A DNA stretch of 64,000 nucleotides, taken from positions 248,001-312,000 of the forward strand of contig NW_026855204.1 of NCBI RefSeq assembly GCF_026571515.1, given 5' to 3'. Every line of letters begins with the position of its first letter. The stretch's first letter is position 1. Of the stretch, positions 52,901-64,000 are shown one piece after another. The DNA comes from Ruditapes philippinarum. Its lineage: Eukaryota. The translations under genes and the position numbers were made by a program. The notes below the pieces were generated by a model. The model searched no databases. It was not told where the DNA came from and saw only the letters and a program-made list of their open reading frames with translations.

Positions 52901-55900
52901 CAATAATCTTTCTTCTCTCAATACATGTCGATAAAAGTTACCGTTGTTTACGTGAAAACAGTCCTTACTTAGGACATTACTTATTCTGCAAAAAGTCTCA
53001 ATCTGAAACTTAAATAAGAAAAATAGGAAACTATAACTTTTCTGCTGAAGAAAAAAAAGTAATTCAACCTTTCAAGAATGTATTAACATTGTTTATTTTT
53101 TCAAACGCATTTTACCAACAGGAATACAGGTTCAACTGGTCATTTACTTTTATAAACGTTTCCTAACATAATGGACTAACGTTTTGTAGATTTACTTTAT
53201 CTAGGCATGCTTAAATAATGTCGGAATGGGAGAAAAATGCGTTGGTCTCTCGATTCAAATTTTTAAACCGTCAAATCTGCACATTTATGAGACAATATAG
53301 AGATAAATCTGCGGTGCAGGGTCTGAAGAAATATACGACTAGATACCGGATTCTGTTCCTTAAAAGCAAAGCACAAAAACATCTTTTAGAAACTAAACTA
53401 CTAGTAGTATGGACCGGAATAAAAATCACCTACCTCCCTTCCCAACACATAATCCTCCATCTTGAAAATTCTATACTGTAACCGAAAAACGCGATACTGT
53501 AACACGTTCCCTACGGTGACCTTTATAACACATTAACTCTGCTCTGCTTAACATCCAATATATTCTACATCCAATATTAAAGCATTATTAAATATATGTT
53601 TGACATTTCTAAAAGATCCATGACAGCTCCAGTTTCATATATTACTAATAGAACAGAAATATAAGTGGTTGATATATACAGATAAAGATTGATATGATGG
53701 AGACGAAATTGATATTTTACTTATTGGCGGAAAAAATCCAAACAAAAACGTTTCTAGACTTCCTACAAAGTTAAAAGAGTATCTAAGCACTTTACATGTA
53801 TATATACTTACAAGTTGTTGTCTGAAATCATATGATTATATTACATATCAATCTGATATGTCTAAACTTAATTATAATAACAAAGGGAGAGAATCATCAA
53901 GTTTGTAGGTGCATTGAAAGTATATAACAATAATAAGTAATAACCGTTTTATTCTAAACCTAACAAGATATCAACTTTTCTTTGCTCTTAATTACTGGCG
54001 TTACTACATGTAAGGGTAACTGTATATACATTTGTGTTGTGTATTATTACACACTGTATTACTAATATAAAATATGTTTTACTTTATGATGATTTAAAAT
54101 ATGCGGCACTGCCATACCAATGTATTCTATGATTCCGATATGTGATGCAACTTTGTAATTTTGCATACACGTACATAATCTTGATTTATTGATTTATTTA
54201 TTATTAATTAATTAATTAATTAATTAATTAATTAATTAATTAATTTATTTATTTATTTATTTATTTATTCCTGTTACATTATGTAATCATAAAAGAATAT
54301 ATATACCGATGTGCATGTTAATGACAGCAAAGCCCTCGAGAGATCAAATCCTGCAAGATTTGCTGGAGAACTGCAATTATCCGTGGTTAAACCTGGAAAT
54401 GAATTTTGTGAATTATTTGTATACTCTGACCCTTAAATTAGCTGCTAAAGTATATTTTTTATATAGAAATACGCCTTTGTATAAGTTTTGTCCATTTATC
54501 GCTCGGACATAAGAAAATTATATACAGAGATAAAATGTTTCTATTTCAAAGCATCGTAATTTTCGAGTTGTTGGTCCTTTACACTTTGAGAGTGCCACAT
54601 ACTGTCAAAACGATAACTGACTAATTTGTGTATGTCTTGTTTGAAATACAGGGGTTCATGACATCACCAGTGTAAACATGTACTTTCAAATATGGGAATC
54701 ACTCGACAATCAAAATGTAAACATTTACCATATGTTGTATATGTATTTGCAATAACTATTTCTCAATATTATGGTGTATAATGAAATAGTAATAAATTAG
54801 AATGTTCGGGGAATTTAAAAAACAACAACACAAAATTACACGGCATTTCTATACCAAAAGCAAATTCTGTTCAGGCTTTAAAAATTTAAACTTGATTAAT
54901 AAAATGTATGAAATGGATGCTGATATTGAAAAAGAAATGTCACCTGAACTTGTGAGATATGCACCAAGCCATTGCAGGTCGCAGTCGCATACCCAATTAT
55001 TTTCACCAATATCCAGGCTTGTCAGACTTAGCAAAGGATAGAACAGGTTGCCTGGCAACGTTGTCAGGCTACTATCGAGCAGTTGTAGACTTGTGAGCTT
55101 GGTCAAACCGTCAAATAACCCCGACGGTATGCTTGTAATAATAAAACTACATTTATTACTTCATCGGGTATAGAAATGAAAGTTTATGCACACAAATACT
55201 AAATGAAAAAAAAACTTACGTTTACCTCCCCTGTATGAATTAGTATCACTATGCTTTACAGTTCAAACGTTAGCAGTAAAATCTTTAATTCTGCTTTGCC
55301 CAAGATAATAACAAACCTATAGCAAATATTAGTATAATTTGTACTCGAAAATAACTTTTATAAAAACAGTATTATATTGTACGAATGAACATATTTTGCA
55401 TAAACAAAAATACAAATACCTATTTAAAACTGTTCGAGACATATCAATAGACGTGAGTTCTGTCAATCCGTCAAGCAGTCCTGACGGTATACCAGATGAC
55501 GGGAAACCTGCATAGAAATAGAGCGTCGTCAGACTCGTCATACCGGATAACGCCGAACCGGAAATTGTCGAAATATTTCCCGCCATAACTGTGAGTAGAG
55601 TAAGACCTGTCAATGTGGAAAAGGCTCCGGATTGAATCTCCATGTTGTTGCAATCTGTATTAACAAGAAATTTTATTACAATCATAAACATGATAAATAC
55701 ACAGTATTACCGGTGCCGTTGATCATAGACTGCTGCAGAGGTGACAGAAATACATGTATAAAATTTACTTATTACTACTGTAAAGTTACAAACTTGATTG
55801 GTATGCTATCATAAAGCAAAGTAAGGACAATAATTGCAATAGACTTACTGTCCATTGAATGGAGATATTATACGGCATTTTGGACTCGTTTCTCCATTTC

Positions 55901-58900
55901 ATAAAATATTTTGAGCAGGTTAAAATGACCGACTCGGAAAATCTATATTCTCGTTGTTATAATCTGAAGCTCATAGAATTATTTTACAAATTTTAAATTA
56001 TAATTTTACTCCTCAAAAATAGGATGTTCTTATTAAAAGTTACAAAAGTCTAATTTAGCTTTCCTGACTTATTTCTTAAAAAGTGACAACGTTCTCAATC
56101 GGCTTTTGTAACCCCGATATAAAAAGCAACATACTCGTTATTAGGCTTTAAAACTACACGTCCTGATGCCAATTTAACATGTTCTAAAAAGAATATAACT
56201 CCTACGTAGGAATTAAAAACTACTAATTAGGCTTTTGTATCTCTTACGTATATCCTAATATGTATGAGTTACGAAGTCCTATGTGGGACTTGTAAACTCC
56301 AAATTAGGCTTTTCATCTCCTACGTAGGAGTTTTAATTTTTGTTTAAAGAACATGTTAAAATGGCACCAAGATGCTTCCGTAGTCAACAGGGCGTTTCCG
56401 TAAAAAAAATCATTAAACATTATTTTACCCTGAGATTTTCGACCGTGCGACCACATACACGCATCGAGGACTTATTGGAGGAAAAGTGACCGAGAGACCA
56501 CATACACGCATCACAGGATTCCCCTTCTCATACGAGAAAGGGACAAAGAGTTGTCCGCCCATTTATTGAAGGGCAGACTTTAATAATATGCCATTTCCTT
56601 ATTGCTATTGATAAGGTGGTTAATTTCACAGATGATTTTTGAATTGGTATATATATACGGCTATAATAATGCAAACCAATCGGGTTTATGTTTTCGTCAT
56701 TTTAAGTCGGCTATGATTTTTTAAGCTCTTATACAATTTTTAGGGAAAATCTTGAGTTTACAATCATTTCTACTTTTTATTTTATGTATATTAAAGAATT
56801 ATTTCATTTCTGCAAAACATGAACGTTTCAAAAATGTTTTATATGCATTAAACCATGGGAAGTATATTTCACACTTCGTTTGCAAATATTAACCTGGTGG
56901 CATTTTTGCCAAATTCAAATGACTTGGTATACATAAAAGCAGCCGACAATAATAAGGCTGTACAGGTTTAAAATTTTGCCAGCGTAATCCTTAACCTGAG
57001 GATTTGTGACATGGACTTTTCAAGCTTTTATTTTTGAAATTATCAATCTGGAAAATTCAAGATTAAAAAATTAAAAAGTTAGCTGGCCAACATTACAGAG
57101 CCTGACCAGACTGCACCGATGTTCAGATTGGCTTTGCTCTATACTGGGTAATTCATTTCGGTTCCAGCAAGATAAAGGTGCAGCGTTGTTGGCAGTTGTC
57201 ATATTTACCCATTCAGTCAATCACTTTTGATTAAACGCGTCATTGCTTCATGGTTACATGTTAGGGGCAAGTCGTAGTTTCCTTGAGCAAGAAATTTTAT
57301 TCTCATTGCTAAGTACCCCCAAAGTAGTACATATTCGTAGTACGCAAAGAAAAGAGAAGTTAATATCAGAGTGATCTTGATTTTGTGTCAGAATGTTAGC
57401 CACTTTTAAAGCGTTTTTGTCATCATTTGCAGCCACTAAAATACATTTCTACCCAAAGCATTTTCACTTCAACCGGTCTAGTTTGGACATCTTTAGTCAA
57501 GAAAATACACACTGGGATGATATTTTGCATGCGGGACCCTTAGTGGTGATTTTTGTGTGGGGGGGGGGCATTCAGATTTACCCTTGTCCGTCCGTCCTTC
57601 CGTCCGTCCGTTCCCATTTTGTGTCGCGCGTAGCTCAAAAAGTAATTGACCTAGAGTGAAACCTTACAGGAATGTTGATTAGCATGTGAAGTTGTGAACC
57701 TGGGTATTTTCATGTGATATATTTAGTATTTTTAGAGTTATTGCCCTTGACTTAGTAAACATTTCCAATTTTCAACTTGTGTCGCACGTAACTAAATAAA
57801 TATTTGACCAGAGTCATGAAACCTTACAAGAATGTTGCTCCGCATGTGTAGTTGTGCACCTGGGTATTTTCGTGTGGATATTTTTTTTGTATTTTTAGAG
57901 TTATTGCCCTTGACTTAGTAACAATTTCCAATTTTCAACTTGTGTCGCACTTATCTAAAAAGTATTTGACCTAGAGTCATGAAACCTTACAGGAATGTTG
58001 CTCAGTATGTGTAGTTGTGCACCTGGGTATTTTCGTGTGGATATTTTAGTATTTTAGAGTTATTGCCCTTGACTTAGTAAAAATTTACAATATTTAACTT
58101 GTGTTGTACGTACGTAACTCAAAAAGTTTATGACCTGTAGGCCTGAAAGTTTACAAGAATGTTGGTCTGCATGTTTAAGCACCTTGGGGTTTTCTTGTTG
58201 ATTTATTCAGTATTTGTAGTATTTGCCCTATACTTAATAAAAGATTTTTAGTTTTCAACTTGGGCACATGTAGCCAAAAAAAAAATTGACCTAGAGACAT
58301 AAGATTGACAAATAGGTGGAGTGTGGGGGCACCCGTGTCATATGGACACATTTCTAGTTATGTGTATAACACGAAATCCAGTCATTTATTTAATACTTGA
58401 GATATTCTAAACAAACCACAATCATTTTCACGGATTTTTCCGAGGCTGTCATTTATTATGAAATAGGGAAACGGGTCTAAACTTACCTAATAGTTTCTCC
58501 AGTCAAGGACAGTAAGTTTATAGCAATGAAATAGACCTTATTTGCATAATGTAGCAACCAAGTATATAACCTACCTGTAGTAATCAGTAGATTTTAGATT
58601 GCAGTCATCACTGTCTCCGGTAATACGGTTTGAAGACATTTTAAACAGCATATTACACTACTGAAAACGGTTATTTCTACATTTATTTAATAAAGTATGC
58701 ATGTCGTTTCTTTTGTATAATTATTTGGCATTCTGTTTGCTAAAAAGACTTCAGCGAACAGGTCTAATAGTACTGCTAGACCTGTTCGGTCAACGTCAAA
58801 AAAGTGACATATAAAGTGAAGGAAGCCAGAACTAGCATTCTTTATGTTTCGAAATTAATCGGATATTTGGACACACAATAGTCATTTTAAAAATACCGCC

Positions 58901-60102
58901 GTTTTTGTAATATTTTACTGTTTACTCTTTGACTTCTTATTGCGTTTAGGTAAATGTAATAGCTAATTAAAAGATGTAATAGCTATATACAATGTTTTTG
59001 TGATAAATGAGTGTTTCATAATAAATCAAGGCATTTGATTGTTGAATAGACCAAAAGTAAAAACAAAAAAGATTATTTCACTATATAGAAAAACATACAT
59101 ATATAAAGGTAAAGATCTCACCAGTTATAAGCATACTGTCCACCCATGAAAGATTTCCTGACAAACTATCACTCAATAACGTCATCTGATTATTACTGCC
59201 GAACCCGCAGTCGAGGCTGAGCTGCGAAGTTCCGGTGTAACCACCACTGTTTGTTAGGCCGTTTAGTGCCTGAATTGAACAGTATTAATGTAAATGAGCC
59301 GCGTCATGACAAAACCAACATAATGCGTTTGCGACCAGCATGGATCCAGACCAGCCTGCGCATCCGCGCAGTCTGATCAGGATCCATGCTGTTCGCTATT
59401 AGTTTCTCTACTTGTAATAGGCATGGATCCTGATCAGACTGCGCGGATGCGCAGGCTGGTCTGGATCCATGCTGGTCGCAAACCAATTATGCTGGTTTTG
59501 TCGTGACGCGGCTCAAATGATGATAGGATTCCTGTTTGTGTTTTAAAATTATTTTTACGGACATGGCTAAAAATTAATGAAATANNNNNNNNNNNNNNNN
59601 NNNNNNNNNNNNNNNNNNNNNNNNNNNNNNNNNNNNNNNNNNNNNNNNNNNNNNNNNNNNNNNNNNNNNNNNNNNNNNNNNNNNNNNNNNNNNNNNNNNN
59701 NNNNNNNNNNNNNNNNNNNNNNNNNNNNNNNNNNNNNNNNNNNNNNNNNNNNNNNNNNNNNNNNNNNNNNNNNNNNNNNNNNNNNNNNNNNNNNTTCATT
59801 GCATTGTCATTTGTCAATCTCAACTTAAGTAAAAAATATAGTTCAGTTTTATTCAACATTTAATTATGATTAATTATGATTAATAAATATAAATACAAAC
59901 GCAAACGCAAATCATTTAATGAAACAGTAAGGAGTAAAAAAGGTCGTCACTTACATTGCTCGGGATTGTTCCATCAACCGAGCTGACAATAAGATTTCCT
60001 GGAGATGTTGAGAACTGGCTGTCCAATAACGGTGGACTCCACGTGCTAAAGCTGCACGTGGCGTCATAGCTTGTCAAACTACAGCCAGCCGGTGCTGACA
60101 TC
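49925..60102 (-). CDS. Leucine-rich-repeat single-pass transmembrane protein (N-terminus/signal peptide exon not resolved)
   Basis: Exons (minus): 60102-59955 (APAGC..C cap), 59269-59122, 55654-55420, 55146-54944 (LRRs; NNWVCDCDL LRRCT), 54392-54307 (CSSPANL..LTC), 53821-53812 (10-nt microexon), 50319-49925 (TM GLIAGASLALILAIIAIFGCIY plus a tail of about 100 aa with no recognisable TIR). Phases are consistent throughout. Confidence 0.75.
50938..53518. mobile_element. Non-autonomous DNA transposon/foldback with ~435-bp TIRs, CAC...GTG ends and 5-bp TSD ACCTT (Transib/RAG-like signature)
   Basis: 50938-51373 is a close reverse complement of 53083-53518; ACCTT at 50933-50937 and 53519-53523; repeated GTTACAG subterminal motifs; no transposase ORF inside. 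Confidence 0.85.
52030..52270 (+). mobile_element. Degenerate third copy of the SINE, nested in the foldback element
   Basis: TGTGAGGAATCTATCAAGCT..TACGGAAGGTCGGTGGTTCTAGTCAGGTGCCCGCTCGTG matches the central block. Confidence 0.75.
54183..54269 (+). repeat. Compound (ATTA)n/(TTTA)n microsatellite
   Basis: Directly visible. Confidence 0.9.
56154..56383. mobile_element. MITE with inverted ends and internal CTCCTACGTAGG repeats
   Basis: TGCCAATTTAACATGTTC versus GAACATGTTAAAATGGCA; ends in CCGTA like the 60761 element. Confidence 0.5.
57550..58359 (+). mobile_element. Helentron-associated (HINE/pearl/DINE-1-like) element with internal ~160-bp tandem core repeats
   Basis: (GTCC)n microsatellite at ~57587-57610, about 4 core repeats (TTATTGCCCTTGACTTAGTA at 57739, 57901, 58060), 3' hairpin GTGTC..GACAC and terminal CTAGTT. 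Confidence 0.8.
59296..59514. mobile_element. Palindromic MITE with GAG...CTC ends and 4-bp TSD AAAT (Sola-like)
   Basis: GAGCCGCGTCATGACAAAACC... and ...GGTTTTGTCGTGACGCGGCTC form ~90-bp arms; AAAT at 59292-59295 and 59515-59518. Confidence 0.8.
59585..59794. other. Assembly gap (210 N)
   Basis: Run of N inside an intron of the LRR gene. Confidence 0.99.
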
Positions 60103-60760
60103 CTGTATCACAGTATCCAAAACCAACAATATCCTTACCTTGGTAGTTTTCTCTTGAAATGTTATCAAAAATAAAAAAAATACGCAGTTTTATAAGAACG
60201 CGAAGCAGTATTTTTAAATACTGTAAATCATATGGAGAAGAATTTTATAGGGTAATTAACTGATATTCCAAAAGTTGATACACATCAATTAAACTGTATC
60301 GGTACGAAACTGTGAAATGTTTTTAAAATAATTGCTATTTTTCCGTTTAATGATTGACAGTAGTTAAAAGTTCATGTTTTCAGATATATTTGAGAATAAA
60401 TATCCTTTTAATATATGATATTTTGATAATCAAAATACTGCGGTCACGTATTACGAATTTATTTAATTGGCAGCTTAAATTGTGTACAGTTTTACTTTAG
60501 AATTTATTGAAAGCGTAAAAGGGCCACCTGTGGCATGATATCTTACAGGAAAACAGTTTAAAAATAAGATAATATCAGTTATCAAAAGTAATTATGTCTT
60601 ACAATGTAAAACGGTCAATTATACTTTCATTCCGTGAAGTATCGTTTTCAATGCACATTTCGACATAAAACACGGTGTACTTAGGTATAATTTAAATAAA
60701 AATAAAGGTAAATAGTTTGGAAAATTGCGTGCTTTTGAAAAATTCACTAAGAAAAATTCT

Positions 60761-61039
60761 GGATCCTACGGGTGCACAGAGGTGACATATGTGTGTTTTT
60801 ATTCATCTCATGCACACGAGATAATTAAGTCGTGCGCACGAGTAACAACGTCGTGCTCACGTGTTATTATGTGCACGAAATAATTTTGTAGTGTACACTT
60901 GATAATTAAGTCGTGCTCATGACATAGTAACTCGTGCTCACAACTTAGTAACTCGTGTGCACGACATAGTAACTCGTGCGCACGACACAGTATCTATTGC
61001 GCACGAGATAAAAAAACCATCTGTGCCACCGTAGGATCC
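60761..61039. mobile_element. MITE with GGATCCTACGG-GCACAGA inverted ends and internal ~21-22-bp CGTGCGCACGA tandem repeats
   Basis: GGATCCTACGGGTGCACAGA versus TCTGTGCCACCGTAGGATCC; repeated TAGTAACTCGTGCGCACGACA. Confidence 0.65.
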
Positions 61040-64000
61040 TTATTAAATGATCCTAATTTCATCCTCATTGCATTACGAAACTTATATATTGACTTTATTC
61101 TGCCAAAATTAAATGGCAAATAAGAAAAAATGTAAAATATTTGCTTATATTTGCAAAGAAACAACTTTATTTTGGGGTAAAATATGGAGATCATTTTTTG
61201 AATCAAGAAAATATCTGGATCAGCTGTAAAATGCACATTTCTTGTAAAGTTACAGTAAATTTATTTAGAAAATTTCATAAAAATGCTATTTCATCAAGTC
61301 AGCAGTGCATTTTAAATATAATAAGGATGAACAATGGAGGAATGGTGTGTTTAATTTTGATCCTGATCTTGAACCCGATCCTTAAATCTGATAAACACCG
61401 GACCTGGGTTGCCTCTAGATGGAATGACCTTTGTATCATACACCTACACGTACTATAATTCATCATCATGCGCGTAGCAATATGGGCAACCGAAACGCGA
61501 CAGTTAATAACCTAAAAGGAACAGCGATCAGAAAATACAAAAACGAGACCACAAAAGCACTCCCGATGTTTGTCCAAGAGTGACGATGTTGACTGGTCTA
61601 TTGTACAGTGTAATCCTAGAAGATCTCTTATAAAAACATAACTGATATATGGTGACGAAAAGAGTGTAAATAACATTAAAAGCTATATTGTATTGCTTTT
61701 CATATTCGTATTAAACAGAATGTTTCAATGTTTAATGAAAAGTAGAGAATATACGTGTATTCATGAGTATTATAGATGAAAATAATTCAAATCTATGTAT
61801 AAAATTAATGAAGTAGGTATAAGTAGGTGTATATTGAAAAATTCCTGAATCTAACTTCTGTATAAGAAACAATACAACTTTGTGAAGATAGATAAGACAG
61901 CACACTATTCATTAAAATGTCTAATGTCTTCCGATTAAACCATGTAGATATTTTGATTCAGGGATGTATTAAAAAAAAAAAACAGGAAATTGTTATGTTA
62001 GTCTTTGAAAAGCCATATGGAGCTTTTCTGTAAGTTGACATGTGTAAAACATGTACTAGAATGTAATACAAATAAACTTGAGAGAGAGAGAGAGAGGTTC
62101 GTGAAAGTCGCATTACAAGTTTGTGATAGTTAATATCATAGGTTAACAATAAGACAATGTTTTAGCTTTGGCGGTCCATAAAATGAACCAACCAAATTTT
62201 TAAAACAACATTTGGATAGATTTGTCCTAGGGTGCACAATATCATTATCATTATTATCATCTTTTCATTGAAAAGATAAATTGAAAAAAAATCTTAGTTG
62301 ATCTTTTTGATTAATTAGTTCCCTTTTCTCCCTATTTCTTTAATTTTTAAGTATTTTCTTTCTTTATTTATTTAATTAATTGTTTTGCTTTAGAATGTGT
62401 TATATTAAAGAACCACACGGATATTTTATTTCATCTGTGCAGGGTCTTTCTATTTGAAAGACCCTGATCAAATGTCCCAGATTTTATGGAATTATCAAAA
62501 TGGTATGCAGTGTAATAATTAAAGCAGTAAACTAATTATAACTTAAAGTACTCCGTTCTGTAGTTTTACAAAACAAATTGAAGAGACAAACTATTATAAA
62601 AATACTGATAAGAGTACAACATTTTTAGTTTTTTTAACTGAAAATATGTTCATACTAAATACCCCGGATTACGAAACCGGGATTTATACAAACCGGGAAT
62701 ACGTTCCGTAAACGGGCATTTATCACTTTAAAACAAAGGTAGATAAATCATGTAAAAAATGTGTAAGTTCATGATTTTGTTGAAATTTTTGTTTCGAGCT
62801 TATATGAACAAATTTATGGAATGAAAATATGAAAAAAATAGGAGCATAAAATTTAGTTTTTATTTGATTTTACTGGCTTTCTTGTCATATTATATTTTTT
62901 AGATTTTGTCATTAGATTTCGCGACTTATTTTTGTATTTTTATTATTATTATTGATGCTTCATACTTACGTGTTACCAAGGTATATGGCATCAACAGTCT
63001 CCAGCGCCTCCTAGACTTCAATCAAGTGCCAGGACTGAGGAGTTTTACTGTCACTTTTGTAGAGTTTTCTAATGTATTGTCCCATTTACGGCTGAGAAAA
63101 CTTATTATTTTATAAAGATGAAGAGTAAACAAAAAAGATTTTAAACATAAAACATAATTTAAAAGGTTTTGAAAAATTCATATGTCAATGCACGGAGTTG
63201 AATAGACGTATATCTGTGGTCAATGTCATATATAAACAGAGATAGAAAAATTCGCTTGAAAAAATACACCCTCAAAATAACATGATATCATTACTTCTAA
63301 TGTTCTATAGATTCCATTTCCATTATTTTCACATAATCTTTTTGTCCATTGATTTAGTACACATTATTTTTCATGATGATGATCAATTTTAAGCTCATCT
63401 TTCATATAAACAACACAAAATGTGAAATTAACATAAAAACTTTCATTTTTGCTCCATTTACAAAAACTTCTAACAGTTTCAAATGTGGCTCTCGGGGTTT
63501 GTCGTTGCTCTCGGGTTTGTCATATTCAAATGCAGTGGGCTTTGAATGTGAAAACCAGTGTATTTCTGAATGTTTCAGACTATAGCAATGCTGTTTCTCA
63601 AGTTCAATGGGTGACATATAGGAAAGTTATGAATTAAAACAAGGTTAAACAAATGTGCTTCTGATCCAAAACTTTAAATGTGTAATAGATAAAAGAACAT
63701 TAATAAAAACAGCATATAAAGAAATTTTGGAAGCTAGAACCAGGTCTTCTGTGCCGTTTTAAGATATCTAGTTATATGTAGACTAAATCAAAAAGTAAAT
63801 AAATGATTTAATTTGATTTTTTTTCCTGCAGATTGAACACATGTATGGTGTTTCTAAAAGGATGAAAGACAGGACATGTAGAGTTTGAATGTTGTTATAA
63901 TACACACAAATACTAGTCATGCTGAGACTACAATGGAGAAGGGTCAGATCTAGGTAAGAATTCACATTTACAGCCAAACTTCATCTTGACATGCCTGAAC

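Noticed and set aside
50975-53481. Near-identical 81-aa and 87-aa ORFs on opposite strands (50975-51220, 53218-53481)
   Set aside because: They are by-products of the terminal inverted repeats; no protein motif is recognisable.
58485-58650. Two possible extra LRR-gene exons (donors near 58486 and 58574)
   Set aside because: In-frame stops or wrong phase; 59122 joins 55654 cleanly without them.
59434-59859. ORFs spanning X runs
   Set aside because: Artefacts of the N gap.

Overview
AT-rich, intron-containing animal genomic DNA; gene and repeat content suggests a bivalve mollusc, probably clam-like (inference). By manual splice-phase tracing I reconstruct six protein-coding genes: (1) a 15-exon, ~905-aa ankyrin x4 / ZU5-UPA-like / twin death-domain protein (+, 5042-15604); (2,3) two tandem secreted tyrosinase-family paralogues (-, 15793-19417 and 25821-33821), the second with a C-terminal chitin-binding-like module; (4) a 7-exon tetraspanin (+, 37260-44140); (5) KDM8/JMJD5 with an intronless CDS (-, 45401-46666); (6) a single-pass LRR membrane protein (-, 49925-60102, N-terminus unresolved) that needs a 10-nt microexon. 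Between them lie tRNA-derived SINEs, Helentron-type (HINE) elements, Kolobok-, Sola- and piggyBac-like MITEs, minisatellites and a 210-nt assembly gap. Most notable: a 2.6-kb CAC...GTG foldback element with ~435-bp TIRs and a 5-bp TSD (Transib/RAG-like signature); a 25-bp tandem array supplying five uORFs plus the real start codon of the death-domain gene; an Asn versus Gly difference at the CuB activity-controlling position of the two tyrosinases; and an exon-like antisense segment inside the death-domain gene. All gene models are hand-derived and untested.
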